From positions 70,443 through 134,442 of the forward strand of contig CBDCAE010000005.1 of assembly GCA_965213825.1 (NCBI GenBank): DNA of 64,000 bases, given 5' to 3'. Position numbers and translations under genes: made by a program. Positions 15,119 to 23,945 of this stretch are shown piece by piece; position 1 is the first letter of the stretch; every line of letters starts with the position of its first letter. The stretch is from Capsulimonadaceae bacterium. Its GTDB lineage: Bacteria > Armatimonadota > Armatimonadia > Armatimonadales > Capsulimonadaceae. The notes under the pieces were generated by a model that was not told the DNA's origin, did not search any database, and was given only the letters and a program-made list of their open reading frames with translations.

Positions 15119-15982
15119 TCATTGCCGAAGGTTGACTACCCGGACAAAGGCACGCCGCTCTTCAAGGCATACCTCGCTCATCGCACGAATTCGTGCAACT
15201 GTCTGCACATGTTTGTCGACTAAAACCAGTTTTCCGGGCGCGTGAGGATCTCCTGCTGCAGCCTCTTTCATGAGTTCTAAACGTTCGGCAAGAAGGCTAT
15301 CATAGGACTCGTAGCGCCAGGAATCGTCAAAAATCCGTGTTCCATCGAAGATGCACTTGGTAATAGATTTCGCCATTTCGAGCCTGGCGGGCCAAACTTC
15401 GTAGTCCCAGAATAGACACCCCGCCAATTCCATCAGGTTTGGACACAAGGACTGGTTTACGACTGCATATCGAACGATCGCCTCGCGTGGGATATGGCCC
15501 TTGTATGTAACAAGGCCAACTTTCTCGAATGACCGTACCCATTCCCGACGTGCTAGGGGTAGGCGCATAGAAATTGGTGGCGGGACAGGTGCTTCATGGC
15601 CTTTTTCGTTGACCTCATCATTAGCCCATCCGAGGTAGATCTCACCTGGATAAAGTTTTGCCAGATCCAGAAAGGTCGTGTCAATTTCGAGAATGACTGG
15701 GTCTGGCTGGGCTCCATCCTCAGAGCAGAAAAAAGATTGGTCGCCTGCATAATAAAATCCGTTCGCGCGCGTCAGGCCGACAAATCCAATCGGCGAGGGG
15801 TACGCGGATCTACCTTCCTCGTCTTCTTCAAGGGGGGGCAAACCATGAAGCAGGATGCTTTCAAGATCGTTCGTCGTGGTTCCATTGTAGATGCGTGGTG
15901 TGTAAAGAATACCGGGATGAGGACCGCAGGGGGCAGAGGGTTGGGAAGAGCAACGTTCGTCGTTGCCTTGGTTGTCGATCAT
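15119..15982 (-). CDS. Hypothetical protein (possible divergent ADP-ribosyltransferase/Tpt1-like fold; speculative)
   Basis: 287-aa ORF. IYNGTTTNDLESILLHGL ... PVILEIDTTFL ... FEKVGLVTYKGHIPREAIVRYAVV. A hairpin AATCCCAAGGCGA/TCGCCTTGGGATT lies downstream at 15049-15082. Confidence 0.5.
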   Translation of the reverse strand: MIDNQGNDERCSSQPSAPCGPHPGILYTPRIYNGTTTNDLESILLHGLPPLEEDEEGRSAYPSPIGFVGLTRANGFYYAGDQSFFCSEDGAQPDPVILEIDTTFLDLAKLYPGEIYLGWANDEVNEKGHEAPVPPPISMRLPLARREWVRSFEKVGLVTYKGHIPREAIVRYAVVNQSLCPNLMELAGCLFWDYEVWPARLEMAKSITKCIFDGTRIFDDSWRYESYDSLLAERLELMKEAAAGDPHAPGKLVLVDKHVQTVARIRAMSEVCLEERRAFVRVVNLRQ

Positions 15983-16285
15983 AGTTCCTTGTTTCTCCGA
16001 TCTTTTTGATGTTTAAATTTTGTTCCTGCAAGAAATTGCAACAAGGCACAGTGCTGGCTGCTGAATTTATTCGGTAAGTACCAAGATACGATTTCAGTCT
16101 CTGCATTGATTTATCGAAGCGGTCAACTCAGTTAAGCAAATGGGTCTCCATCATCGCCAAGTGCCACTGCTGGCAACTCCGGCTACTCGAACCATGGGTG
16201 ACACTATCAGCGTTTCGGATCCGGATCCGCGTTTGAGACAAGAAGCAGCGAACGAAGAAGGAATTTCCGTTGTCCCTGCTGTGTA

Positions 16286-16507
16286 TCAATCGTCATCAAA
16301 ATCCGCTCCGTCGATCAACGCGAAACTACGCGGCGAAAGCATCGACTTGAGTGCCGCGCGGTGTGTCATTCCTCCGGCCCGTAATCTCTTCAACTCTTCA
16401 TCCTCGTCAACCGATAACAAATAGGGTAGCCATCCTGGCAATGTGCCGGGAAGTGGATCTTCGCCAAGTGGGTCGTCCAAGTTTTCTTCTATCTTCTTTC
16501 CCTTCAT
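16286..16507 (-). CDS. Small acidic hypothetical protein
   Basis: 73-aa ORF, 22 nt downstream of the 197-aa ORF. Confidence 0.35.
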   Translation of the reverse strand: MKGKKIEENLDDPLGEDPLPGTLPGWLPYLLSVDEDEELKRLRAGGMTHRAALKSMLSPRSFALIDGADFDDD

Positions 16508-16529
16508 GACCGTTCTGAGCGGCCTGAAT

Positions 16530-17123
16530 TTACAACCGGTTCCGGTCCTGAACTGAACTTCGAAGTCCCGAAACCAGGTAACGCATTACGTCGCTGCGCC
16601 GATAAATCCCACGGCGCAGCGGGCGGATGTACCGGCTCACGCTTGCCTCCGGGCAGGCCAAGAGCACCGCCGCTTGGCTGCGCGTGAGGGCACAGTCTTC
16701 GCGCAGAGGAGAGACATCTTTGACAGCGGCGATGAACTCGGCCATGACGGTCGCAAGATCGGTTTTGTGCTGGTTGAAGACTTGAAGTTCGGTAGTATTC
16801 ACCTCTTCAAGTGACTTGTCAACAGCCTCGCCCAAGTCGCCGTCTTTCAAGAACTCACGGAGCAACCGCGAGGCATGAGGCCGAATTCCTTTCCGACGGC
16901 GGTAGAAATCCAAAAAACCTTGGACGGCTTCCACTGCGTCGGGCGGGAAGGCCATCCGGTTCCGTCCACCCCGGGCACCTAACTGCACCGCGACATCGTC
17001 CGTGCCGGTCAGATCGCTGAGAGATTTGTAACTGATAGATACCCCTGCTGCTTCCAGGCCCTGGTGCAAAGCGCGGAGCGTAAGCGCTTCGCCGGGTTGG
17101 GGCGGCAGTGCTGCTGTAGTCAT
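16530..17123 (-). CDS. Hypothetical protein, possible HTH regulator
   Basis: 197-aa ORF. C-terminal LTRSQAAVLLACPEASVSRYIRPLRRG resembles an HTH. Confidence 0.45.
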   Translation of the reverse strand: MTTAALPPQPGEALTLRALHQGLEAAGVSISYKSLSDLTGTDDVAVQLGARGGRNRMAFPPDAVEAVQGFLDFYRRRKGIRPHASRLLREFLKDGDLGEAVDKSLEEVNTTELQVFNQHKTDLATVMAEFIAAVKDVSPLREDCALTRSQAAVLLACPEASVSRYIRPLRRGIYRRSDVMRYLVSGLRSSVQDRNRL

Positions 17124-17232
17124 GGTGGTTCACAAGTTCCCTTCTTTTTTCACGAGACAAAGCGAGAGACAGAAAACTTCGATTTCTATCCCAATCGAGC
17201 CGGGGATGGGGGCAGAAAGCGGCCAGGAACAT

Positions 17233-17278
17233 CCAAAAAACAGCCCCCAGCAACCCAAAGTCATTTTGGGCTGTTTTT
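17233..17278 (-). terminator. Rho-independent terminator (stem flanked by an A-run and a T-run, so potentially bidirectional)
   Basis: Minus-strand reading: AAAAAAACAGCCC...GGGCTGTTTTTT, immediately after the stop at 17279-17281. Confidence 0.6.
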
Positions 17279-18922
17279 TTATGTTTGGCGCTGATTCCAC
17301 AGATTTTTCGCCCGCGTCTCGATCGCTGCCGTCGCGACTTCTCCGCAGCCTAATTCGGCAATTTCCGCTTTTGCCTTGGACAACCAGACGGCTTTGTCGT
17401 CTGCAGACAGCGCATCGTACCCATCGCCTTGGTCTTGGGGTGTGCGGCCTCCTGCCTCCAACGGCCGGGCTGGCCGGCCAGGACGAGACGGGCGGCTTGA
17501 ACGGGGATTCAAGTTTTCAGCCTGACGCTGCTGGTCAGTCGCTTTCCATCCCTCGATCTCTTTGAAACCCATTCGCTCTGCCAGCAAATTTTTTGCAAAG
17601 CGATTCACGATTTGACTGTCGCGCTGTGATGGCCGGAGCAGGGCCTTTGTTGCTTCCAGCAGTTCGCCTCGTTTCCCGTCGTTCATCGCCGCCCATTCCT
17701 CGTCCACAGCAGCCTGGTCAGTTTCTGAAAGCGCTGGGGCAGGCTTGGCAGGGGCGTAATGCGTGCGCGGCGCATTGTCGTGGGCTGTCTTGGCGCCGGC
17801 GGCGGCTTTGGTGATCGTTTCACGCAGGTAGAACCACTTGTTGTCAATTTCCTTCCCTTGGCCGATCAGATCGTTGATTTTCTCCAAACTTTCCAAGCAC
17901 AGCCGCGTAGCCGTGGCGGGGCTTGCGCCTTCCAAGGCTTTGTTCAGGGCCTTGCGGAGCGCGGCGGGTCGGCACTTGTCATCGCAGAATTCCTCGATGA
18001 ATGACCGAACCACTTTTTCGTACGCGGGGTCCGGAGTCTCATGGTCGGCAGAGGCAGGTGGGTCGTCACCACTTAGCAAGGGCTGGGGGGCGTTGGGAGG
18101 CGCTACTGGGGCGTTGGGAGGCCCGCCCTCCGTGTCCGAGTCTTTGGCCTCGTCTTGCTCGAAAAGCGAAGCATCGACATCATCATCGTCGGTCGAGTAG
18201 CCACTATCGGCGCAGGGCATATAAATATAAGATGATGATGAATTTCCTTCAAGGTTTAATTCAAAGATTCTTAGTACCGCCATTTTACTCACAAAACTTG
18301 CAGAAAAATGTGCAGTTTTGAATGATTTTCCGTACTTGAATACTGATTTTTCTTCCGAAAATGAAGATTTTTTAGCCTTGCGAGCAGAAAAAAAACCATT
18401 CTTGGAAAAGGGCCGCGACGAAGCAAGCGACTCAGCCAACTTTTTCCGAGCCTGAGCGCGGGCGGCTTTGAGGTCTGCGGCTTTCTGCTTCTTTTCGTCT
18501 TCGCTTTTGATGATTTCGCGCAGACGTTCGCAGTGCGCTTCATCCGCGATGACGGCAATGATACTGCCGTTGAGACGACGGTGCTGGTGGATCAAGCCAT
18601 CCTTTTGGATTTGACCGAAACACTGCTTGAGGTATTTGACACTGCGATTGCATTTTGCTGCAAGGAGTTCAATTTCGCAGGCATTCACAGGCGCATAGCC
18701 CCGAATCGGGCCATCAGGCGCTTTGACATTCGAGGCGAATTCCACCCAACGAAAAAGTTTCTTCTTAATGCCGCCGAGTCGCGGGTCGTTGTAATCGGCA
18801 TCAACGTCCTGCCCCCAGGACTCGCCAGCGGCCTTCATCGCCTCCGAATCTTTCTGAGGCAAGTACGGAAAATTATTTGTGCAAGGCTTGACATCATCAA
18901 GCAAAAGAGGGTAAATAATCAT
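17279..18922 (-). CDS. Large element-encoded protein, putative replication/DNA-binding function
   Basis: Longest ORF runs to 19039; first ATG is at 18922 (MIIYPLLLDD...). Low-complexity acidic and proline linkers. AT-rich internal patch at 18210-18420. Confidence 0.5.
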   Translation of the reverse strand: MIIYPLLLDDVKPCTNNFPYLPQKDSEAMKAAGESWGQDVDADYNDPRLGGIKKKLFRWVEFASNVKAPDGPIRGYAPVNACEIELLAAKCNRSVKYLKQCFGQIQKDGLIHQHRRLNGSIIAVIADEAHCERLREIIKSEDEKKQKAADLKAARAQARKKLAESLASSRPFSKNGFFSARKAKKSSFSEEKSVFKYGKSFKTAHFSASFVSKMAVLRIFELNLEGNSSSSYIYMPCADSGYSTDDDDVDASLFEQDEAKDSDTEGGPPNAPVAPPNAPQPLLSGDDPPASADHETPDPAYEKVVRSFIEEFCDDKCRPAALRKALNKALEGASPATATRLCLESLEKINDLIGQGKEIDNKWFYLRETITKAAAGAKTAHDNAPRTHYAPAKPAPALSETDQAAVDEEWAAMNDGKRGELLEATKALLRPSQRDSQIVNRFAKNLLAERMGFKEIEGWKATDQQRQAENLNPRSSRPSRPGRPARPLEAGGRTPQDQGDGYDALSADDKAVWLSKAKAEIAELGCGEVATAAIETRAKNLWNQRQT

Positions 18923-19141
18923 GGAGTCCGCTGACTTTTGGACACGCACAACTTCCCGGAAGTCGTGTCCAACCTTTCTTTTTTGGAATAAAGGGGAGCA
19001 CGACCGCTGGTGCAAAAAGCCTTGGCGGGCTTTTTGCACGGAACGCGGTCATGTTTCCTTTGAACGACAGTGATCTTTGAATGATGATAAATCCCGGCCC
19101 GGCTTCCCACTAGGGAGTCCGGGTCGTTTCTACGAAAGCGG

Positions 19142-20296
19142 CTACTTCGTGTACACCCGCTTCCGGCTAGGCTTCACGGCCGCAGCCGCTTTCGCAGCGC
19201 GTTCGGCCTCTCGGGCTTGGTAGTTCGCCAGAACACCGGCGACAGGGGCGGCAGCGTCGTGAACTGCCTTCAACGCCTCGACTTCATCGTGCGAATAAAT
19301 GTCATGCGCTTGATCAGTCCGGTGTCCCATGATTTTTTTGGACATATCTTTATCCACGACGTCATGTTTTGATGAAGAATAATGGCGCAAGTCGTGCCGG
19401 CGAATCACGCGTTCAATGCCAGCACGGACGCGGCGTTTATTCCACTGTCGCCCCCAGGAACCTGGGTCGATTTTCCCCCCGGATTCGCTGACAAAAATGA
19501 AGTCATTACCAGTTTGCATTTTTAGGCGCATTTCCAACCACGGTTCGAAGGCCACGTCGCAATATTCCTTTGACAAGAACGCAAGCCGGTCGTCGCCATT
19601 TTTCGTTTTCTCCAACAAGATCGTTCGCCGCCCCTGGTCGTCACGCGGAGACAGGTGGCACAGACGCGCAGAGAAAAACTCCCCCACCCGCATTCCTGTC
19701 TCAGCCAGTCCCAATGTCGCAGCAATCTCGCGAACCCGGAAGTAACGCCGCGCATCCAGGGACTTGAAGCGCGACCCGCCAGTGGCTTCGTCAGCCCAGT
19801 CTTCCTCGATCTGTCTCACAATTGCGTCAAGTTCATGTTCGGCGACAGAGCGTTTTTCTGACTTGTCGCAGATTTCCCACGCTTCAGCGCGTTCCAGAAG
19901 GTCTTTCTTGAAAAGTTCGGCGCGGTAGGCCCACGCAAACACCGCCTTTGTCTTGACCTCCCGGTGCTTCACGCTGCGATCCTTCATTCCCCGAGCCTTG
20001 TATTCGCGCAGGCACTCCCAGAAATTTCGGGCATTAACCCCGGCAGGCCTGATTCCCTGTCGCGTATACCATTCTCCAACGTCTTCGAGCGTATTGCGAA
20101 CGTCGTACAGATGCTTACGCGTCCGGATTTTGTTTTTGTTTTTGAGGTACTCGTCGTACCCGGAAATTAACCCGTCCCAGCCAATCGTTTGACCGAGGCT
20201 GAACTGGCCTTCCTCTTCTTCTGCTTGTTGCCAGACGTATGACATTTCTCTCTCCCTGTGCTGTTCTGGGCTGCTGACCACATGCTGTTCGTCCAT
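19142..20296 (-). CDS. int: Tyrosine recombinase / phage-type integrase
   Basis: LAETGMRVGEF (Arg I), RRHDLRHYSSS (H-x-x-R), GHRTDQAHDIYSH (His/Tyr). Adjacent to the tRNA 3' end. Confidence 0.9.
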   Translation of the reverse strand: MDEQHVVSSPEQHREREMSYVWQQAEEEEGQFSLGQTIGWDGLISGYDEYLKNKNKIRTRKHLYDVRNTLEDVGEWYTRQGIRPAGVNARNFWECLREYKARGMKDRSVKHREVKTKAVFAWAYRAELFKKDLLERAEAWEICDKSEKRSVAEHELDAIVRQIEEDWADEATGGSRFKSLDARRYFRVREIAATLGLAETGMRVGEFFSARLCHLSPRDDQGRRTILLEKTKNGDDRLAFLSKEYCDVAFEPWLEMRLKMQTGNDFIFVSESGGKIDPGSWGRQWNKRRVRAGIERVIRRHDLRHYSSSKHDVVDKDMSKKIMGHRTDQAHDIYSHDEVEALKAVHDAAAPVAGVLANYQAREAERAAKAAAAVKPSRKRVYTK

Positions 20297-20363
20297 TCGC
20301 CGAAAACAACAGCGCAGTTTACCCGAAAACGCCTAGACTGTTCAACCCTCATTTCCGAAGCGC

Positions 20364-20400
20364 CAAAAAAATTCGGCCAGGAATTTTTCCTGGCCGAATT
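20364..20400 (-). terminator. Rho-independent terminator downstream of tRNA-Thr
   Basis: Minus-strand reading: AATTCGGCCAGGAA-AAA-TTCCTGGCCGAATT followed by TTTTTT. Confidence 0.7.
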
Positions 20401-20415
20401 ACTCTGAACTTGTTA

Positions 20416-20487
20416 AGCCGACACGCGGATTCGAACCGCGGACCTGCTGTTTACGAAACAGCTGCTCTACCACTGAGCCATGTCGGC
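20416..20487 (-). tRNA. tRNA-Thr (anticodon CGU)
   Basis: Reverse complement: GCCGACA-TG-GCTC-AGTGGTA-GAGC-A-GCTGT-TTCGTAA-ACAGC-AGGTC-CGCGG-TTCGAAT-CCGCG-TGTCGGC-T. Full cloverleaf. CCA is not encoded. Confidence 0.9.
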
Positions 20488-20520
20488 ATATTTGTTTTCT
20501 AAGAGGAAAGCGACGGCGAG

Positions 20521-20550
20521 AGTATACTCAAAATCGAATGTGCGTGTCAA
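20521..20550 (-). promoter_or_regulatory. Sigma70-type promoter for tRNA-Thr
   Basis: Minus-strand reading: TTGACA-18 nt-TATACT, about 30 nt upstream of the tRNA 5' end. Confidence 0.55.
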
Positions 20551-20606
20551 GAGGTGTAACAAATCAGAAGGTGCGCGGGTATACTTTTCACGAATGAGTT
20601 TCACGA

Positions 20607-21911
20607 ATGGACTATGATGACGCGCTGGCGTACCTTGACGGGCGGCTGCGGCTGGGGATCAAGCTGGGCAATGAGCGGTTTTCGGCACTGCTGCACCGGC
20701 TAGGTGATCCACAGGAGCGCCTGCGTGTGGTGCATATCGCAGGAACGAAAGGCAAAGGGTCTACCACGGCAATGACGGCAAGCGTACTGCATGCCGCCGG
20801 GTACCGCGTGGGAATGTATTTGTCGCCTTATGTCTATGATGTCCGCGAGCGTATCCAGGTCGGCGGCGTGATGATCTCCCGCGCGGATTTCGCCCGCTGG
20901 GTGTCCACGATTGAACCACATGTCGCCGCTTTGGAGCTGACAGAGTTTGGGCCGACCACGGAATTTGAGCTGAAAACTGCCGTGGGTCTGTGCTTTTTTG
21001 CTGAGCAGTCTGTTGATTATGCCGTGCTGGAAGTCGGCCTCGGCGGGCGTCTTGATGCCACTAATGTTATTTCGACGCCATTGGTGACGGCTATCACGAA
21101 CATCGGCCTGGATCATACGGAGCTGCTGGGGGATACGATTGCGGCAATCGCAGGCGAAAAGGCTGGTATCGTCAAGCCCAATGTTCCTTGTGTCACCGGT
21201 GTCCCCATCGGCGGCGACGCTTGGAACGTGATTGCGCGTGTGTGTGCGGAAAAAAATGCACCGCTGCTGGCGGTCACGCCGCCAAAGGTAGCGGCTGAGG
21301 GGCTGACGCTCACGACGCCGCGCCGGACCCTTTCGGGGCTGTATCTGCGGCTGCGGGGCGCTTTTCAAGAACTGAATGCGGCGGCGGCGCTGACGGCGCT
21401 GGACGCGATCACGGACCCGGCGGGACCGGTCATCACTGATCAGGCCGCGCGACGGGGGCTGGAAACGGCCTGGGTGCCGGGGCGGCTGGAACAAGTGTTA
21501 GAACATCCGGCCGTCGTATTGGATGTAGCGCACAACGAAATTTCGGCAGAAGCGCTGGTGTCTGCCCTGCGGGACCAGCACGGTGCGGACGCCCGGCGTC
21601 TGACGCTTGTTGTCGGTTTGTCGCGGAACCACGCCCCGGAGCCGTTTTTAGAGCCGCTGGCTGCGCTGCATCCGGTTCGGCTGATCGCGACGCAGCCGGC
21701 ATTCCGTCCGCGCCCGGCGGAGGAAGTCGCGGCAGCGGCCGAGGCGCTGGGCTTCGCGGGCGTAAGCCTGGTTGATAGCAGCGTTGCCAACGCGGTTCGT
21801 TTTGCTCTGGCGCAGTCTGGGCCAGACGATTTGCTCTGCGTTACCGGCTCGTTTTACACCGTCGGCGACCTGCCGCCGGAGTTCTGGTCTCAGTTCATCT
21901 CTCTCTCATAA
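20607..21911 (+). CDS. folC: Folylpolyglutamate synthase / dihydrofolate synthase
   Basis: Mur-ligase family P-loop HIAGTKGKGST. The length and remaining sequence are typical of FolC. Confidence 0.85.
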   Translation: MDYDDALAYLDGRLRLGIKLGNERFSALLHRLGDPQERLRVVHIAGTKGKGSTTAMTASVLHAAGYRVGMYLSPYVYDVRERIQVGGVMISRADFARWVSTIEPHVAALELTEFGPTTEFELKTAVGLCFFAEQSVDYAVLEVGLGGRLDATNVISTPLVTAITNIGLDHTELLGDTIAAIAGEKAGIVKPNVPCVTGVPIGGDAWNVIARVCAEKNAPLLAVTPPKVAAEGLTLTTPRRTLSGLYLRLRGAFQELNAAAALTALDAITDPAGPVITDQAARRGLETAWVPGRLEQVLEHPAVVLDVAHNEISAEALVSALRDQHGADARRLTLVVGLSRNHAPEPFLEPLAALHPVRLIATQPAFRPRPAEEVAAAAEALGFAGVSLVDSSVANAVRFALAQSGPDDLLCVTGSFYTVGDLPPEFWSQFISLS

Positions 21912-21922
21912 AGGAAAAGATC

Positions 21923-22048
21923 ATGCCGCATCAAGGATTTGTCTCACTGATTATTTCAGTCCTCTCAATCTGCCTGACGCTTGGCGTCGTGTTTTACGCT
22001 CTGCGCGAGGAAAAGCGGAACCGGACGCAGAACTCAGACAAGCATTAA
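21923..22048 (+). CDS. Possible 41-aa single-TM micro-protein
   Basis: Below the ORF-track cutoff. AAGGA lies 8 nt upstream. MPHQGFVSLIISVLSICLTLGVVFYALREEKRNRTQNSDKH. Confidence 0.3.
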   Translation: MPHQGFVSLIISVLSICLTLGVVFYALREEKRNRTQNSDKH

Positions 22049-22051
22049 AAA

Positions 22052-22075
22052 GCCCCAACTCCTGCGAGTTGGGGC
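22052..22075. terminator. Hairpin between convergent genes
   Basis: GCCCCAACTC-ctgc-GAGTTGGGGC. Confidence 0.45.
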
Positions 22076-22083
22076 CGGAGGAT

Positions 22084-23100
22084 TCAGAACTCGAATGCTT
22101 CGTCTAATCGGCGCAGGAAATCCAGCAGATCACCGATTTCGGTTGGCAGCGGGGCGTGGAACTGCAAACGCTGACCGGTACGCGGGTGGTCGAACGAGAG
22201 AGAATGGGCGTGCAGCGCCTGGCCGTGCAAGCGGCTCAGCAGGCTGTTCAGTGTTTGCAGTGGGGCACCCCGAAACAAATCGGCGCTGACTTTTCGCAGG
22301 CCGCCATAAGTGCCGTCGCCGACGACCGGATACCCGGCAAACGCGCAGTGGACACGGATTTGGTGGGTCCGACCCGTCTGCAGAATTGCCTCGGTCCAGC
22401 TAAACTCGGCTAAATGCTCTAAAAGCCGCACTTCGGTCACCGCCTCGCGGACACCCTGCGCGAAATCTTTCTGGCTTGAGCCGCCCTGCTCCAAAACCGT
22501 CATGCGTTTCCGGTCGCCGGGATGGCGGCCAATGGGTGCATCAATAACCGCATGCTTGAAAGGCACCCTCCCCCACAGCAGCGCGTGGTACTTGCGAACG
22601 GCGGTCCGGTCACGGATCTGCTTGGCGAGGCGCTCGTGCGCAAAATCGTTTTTTGCGACGACCAGGAGGCCGGAGGTGTCTTTGTCCAGACGGTGCACGA
22701 TACCGGGCCGAATCGGACCGCCGACAGTGGACAGGTTGGAACCGGCGTGAGCCAGCAGAGCATTGACAAGTGTTCCCGATTCTGCACCCGGCGCAGGATG
22801 AACGACAAGCCCAGTCTGCTTATTGACGACCAGCACATCGGCGTCCTCGTAAATGACATCCAAGGGAATATCTTCGGCTTGGACATCTTCTAAAGGGCGG
22901 GCTGCCGGGACTGCCACAACGACTTCGTCGCCAAAGCGCGTTCGGTAACCGGCCTTGCCCGCCTTGCCATTCACCAGGACGGCCTGGGTCGCGATCAGCC
23001 GCTGGACGTGGGCGCGGGAAAGATGCGGCAGGCGCTCCGCGACAAATATGTCGAGCCGGATATCACTTTCGTCATCCTTGATGTGCAGAGTTTCGGTCAA
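22084..23100 (-). CDS. rluD: 23S rRNA pseudouridine synthase, RluA family (RluD-like)
   Basis: S4-like N-terminus (RLDIFVAERL), HRLDKDTSGLLVVAKN, HQIRVH. TTG 23100 gives a TTGA overlap with the lgt stop; the longest ORF would start at 23220 inside lgt. Confidence 0.85.
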   Translation of the reverse strand: MTETLHIKDDESDIRLDIFVAERLPHLSRAHVQRLIATQAVLVNGKAGKAGYRTRFGDEVVVAVPAARPLEDVQAEDIPLDVIYEDADVLVVNKQTGLVVHPAPGAESGTLVNALLAHAGSNLSTVGGPIRPGIVHRLDKDTSGLLVVAKNDFAHERLAKQIRDRTAVRKYHALLWGRVPFKHAVIDAPIGRHPGDRKRMTVLEQGGSSQKDFAQGVREAVTEVRLLEHLAEFSWTEAILQTGRTHQIRVHCAFAGYPVVGDGTYGGLRKVSADLFRGAPLQTLNSLLSRLHGQALHAHSLSFDHPRTGQRLQFHAPLPTEIGDLLDFLRRLDEAFEF

Positions 23101-23939
23101 CGGGCAACTGCCTCCACAGGCCGCGACGACGGCGGCAGGGTTTTGGTCGGGGTCGGGAAATACCGGCGCAAAATTGCCATACCGACCAGGCCGAGGCTGA
23201 AGAGGCCAAGACACAGCCACTGAACGTCGGTCAGGAAGTGGATCGGCCCGACGCGGATAACATCAGAAGTCGTGCCGGCTCGCCAGATTTCCATGATGAA
23301 CCGCTCCGTCGCAGTCCCCAAAAGGAACCAGCACGAGACCTGGCCCAAGTAACGCCGGTGCCGCTCCACCCAAATCAAGCCGAGGAAGAACACCGTCGCC
23401 AGCACTGTCGCGTAAAGCTGAGTCGGATGGCTCGGCGGCGTCAAATGCCCCGTGCTGTCATCGAGGAAGCGAACGCCCCACGGCATCGTAGTCGGCGCTC
23501 CGTAGCAGCAGCCGTTCAGGAAACAGCCGATCCGCCCGATGGCATAAGCGATCATTACCGACGGCACGAACAAATCGGCGACCTTCAAGATGGACATTCG
23601 CTTGACGAGGCAGTAGACGACCAGTGCTCCAATACCACCGAACAAGCCGCCGTGGAACGATAGACCACCTTCCCAAACCTTGAAAATATTGCCGGGAAAG
23701 TCCGGGGCGCGGCTGTAATCGTGCCAGCCGATGACAACAAACATCAGACGTGCGCCGATAACACCAACAACAATCATCCAGATACCAACATCTAAAATGT
23801 TATCGGGAGGCATCTCCGGGTCCGCCTGCCGCTTGGCCACCGTGTAGGCTCGGCCCAGCGCAACGAGAAATGCCAGCATCAAGACGACGCCGTAGGTATG
23901 AACGACAAATGAACCAGCATGGAACAAGACAGGAAACAT
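23097..23939 (-). CDS. lgt: Prolipoprotein diacylglyceryl transferase
   Basis: GRIGCFLNGCCYGAPT, SFHGGLFGG, multiple TM segments. Confidence 0.9.
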   Translation of the reverse strand: MFPVLFHAGSFVVHTYGVVLMLAFLVALGRAYTVAKRQADPEMPPDNILDVGIWMIVVGVIGARLMFVVIGWHDYSRAPDFPGNIFKVWEGGLSFHGGLFGGIGALVVYCLVKRMSILKVADLFVPSVMIAYAIGRIGCFLNGCCYGAPTTMPWGVRFLDDSTGHLTPPSHPTQLYATVLATVFFLGLIWVERHRRYLGQVSCWFLLGTATERFIMEIWRAGTTSDVIRVGPIHFLTDVQWLCLGLFSLGLVGMAILRRYFPTPTKTLPPSSRPVEAVAR

Positions 23940-23945
23940 AGAGTT

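Larger units (their letters stand above)
13107..20415. mobile_element. Integrative element inserted next to the 3' end of tRNA-Thr (integrase, xis-like HTH, Cas4-like nuclease, replication-like protein); may extend left to about 4.24 kb
   Basis: The tyrosine integrase directly abuts the tRNA 3' end. Gene content is typical of integrative elements or prophage remnants. The distal att repeat was not found by eye. Confidence 0.55.
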
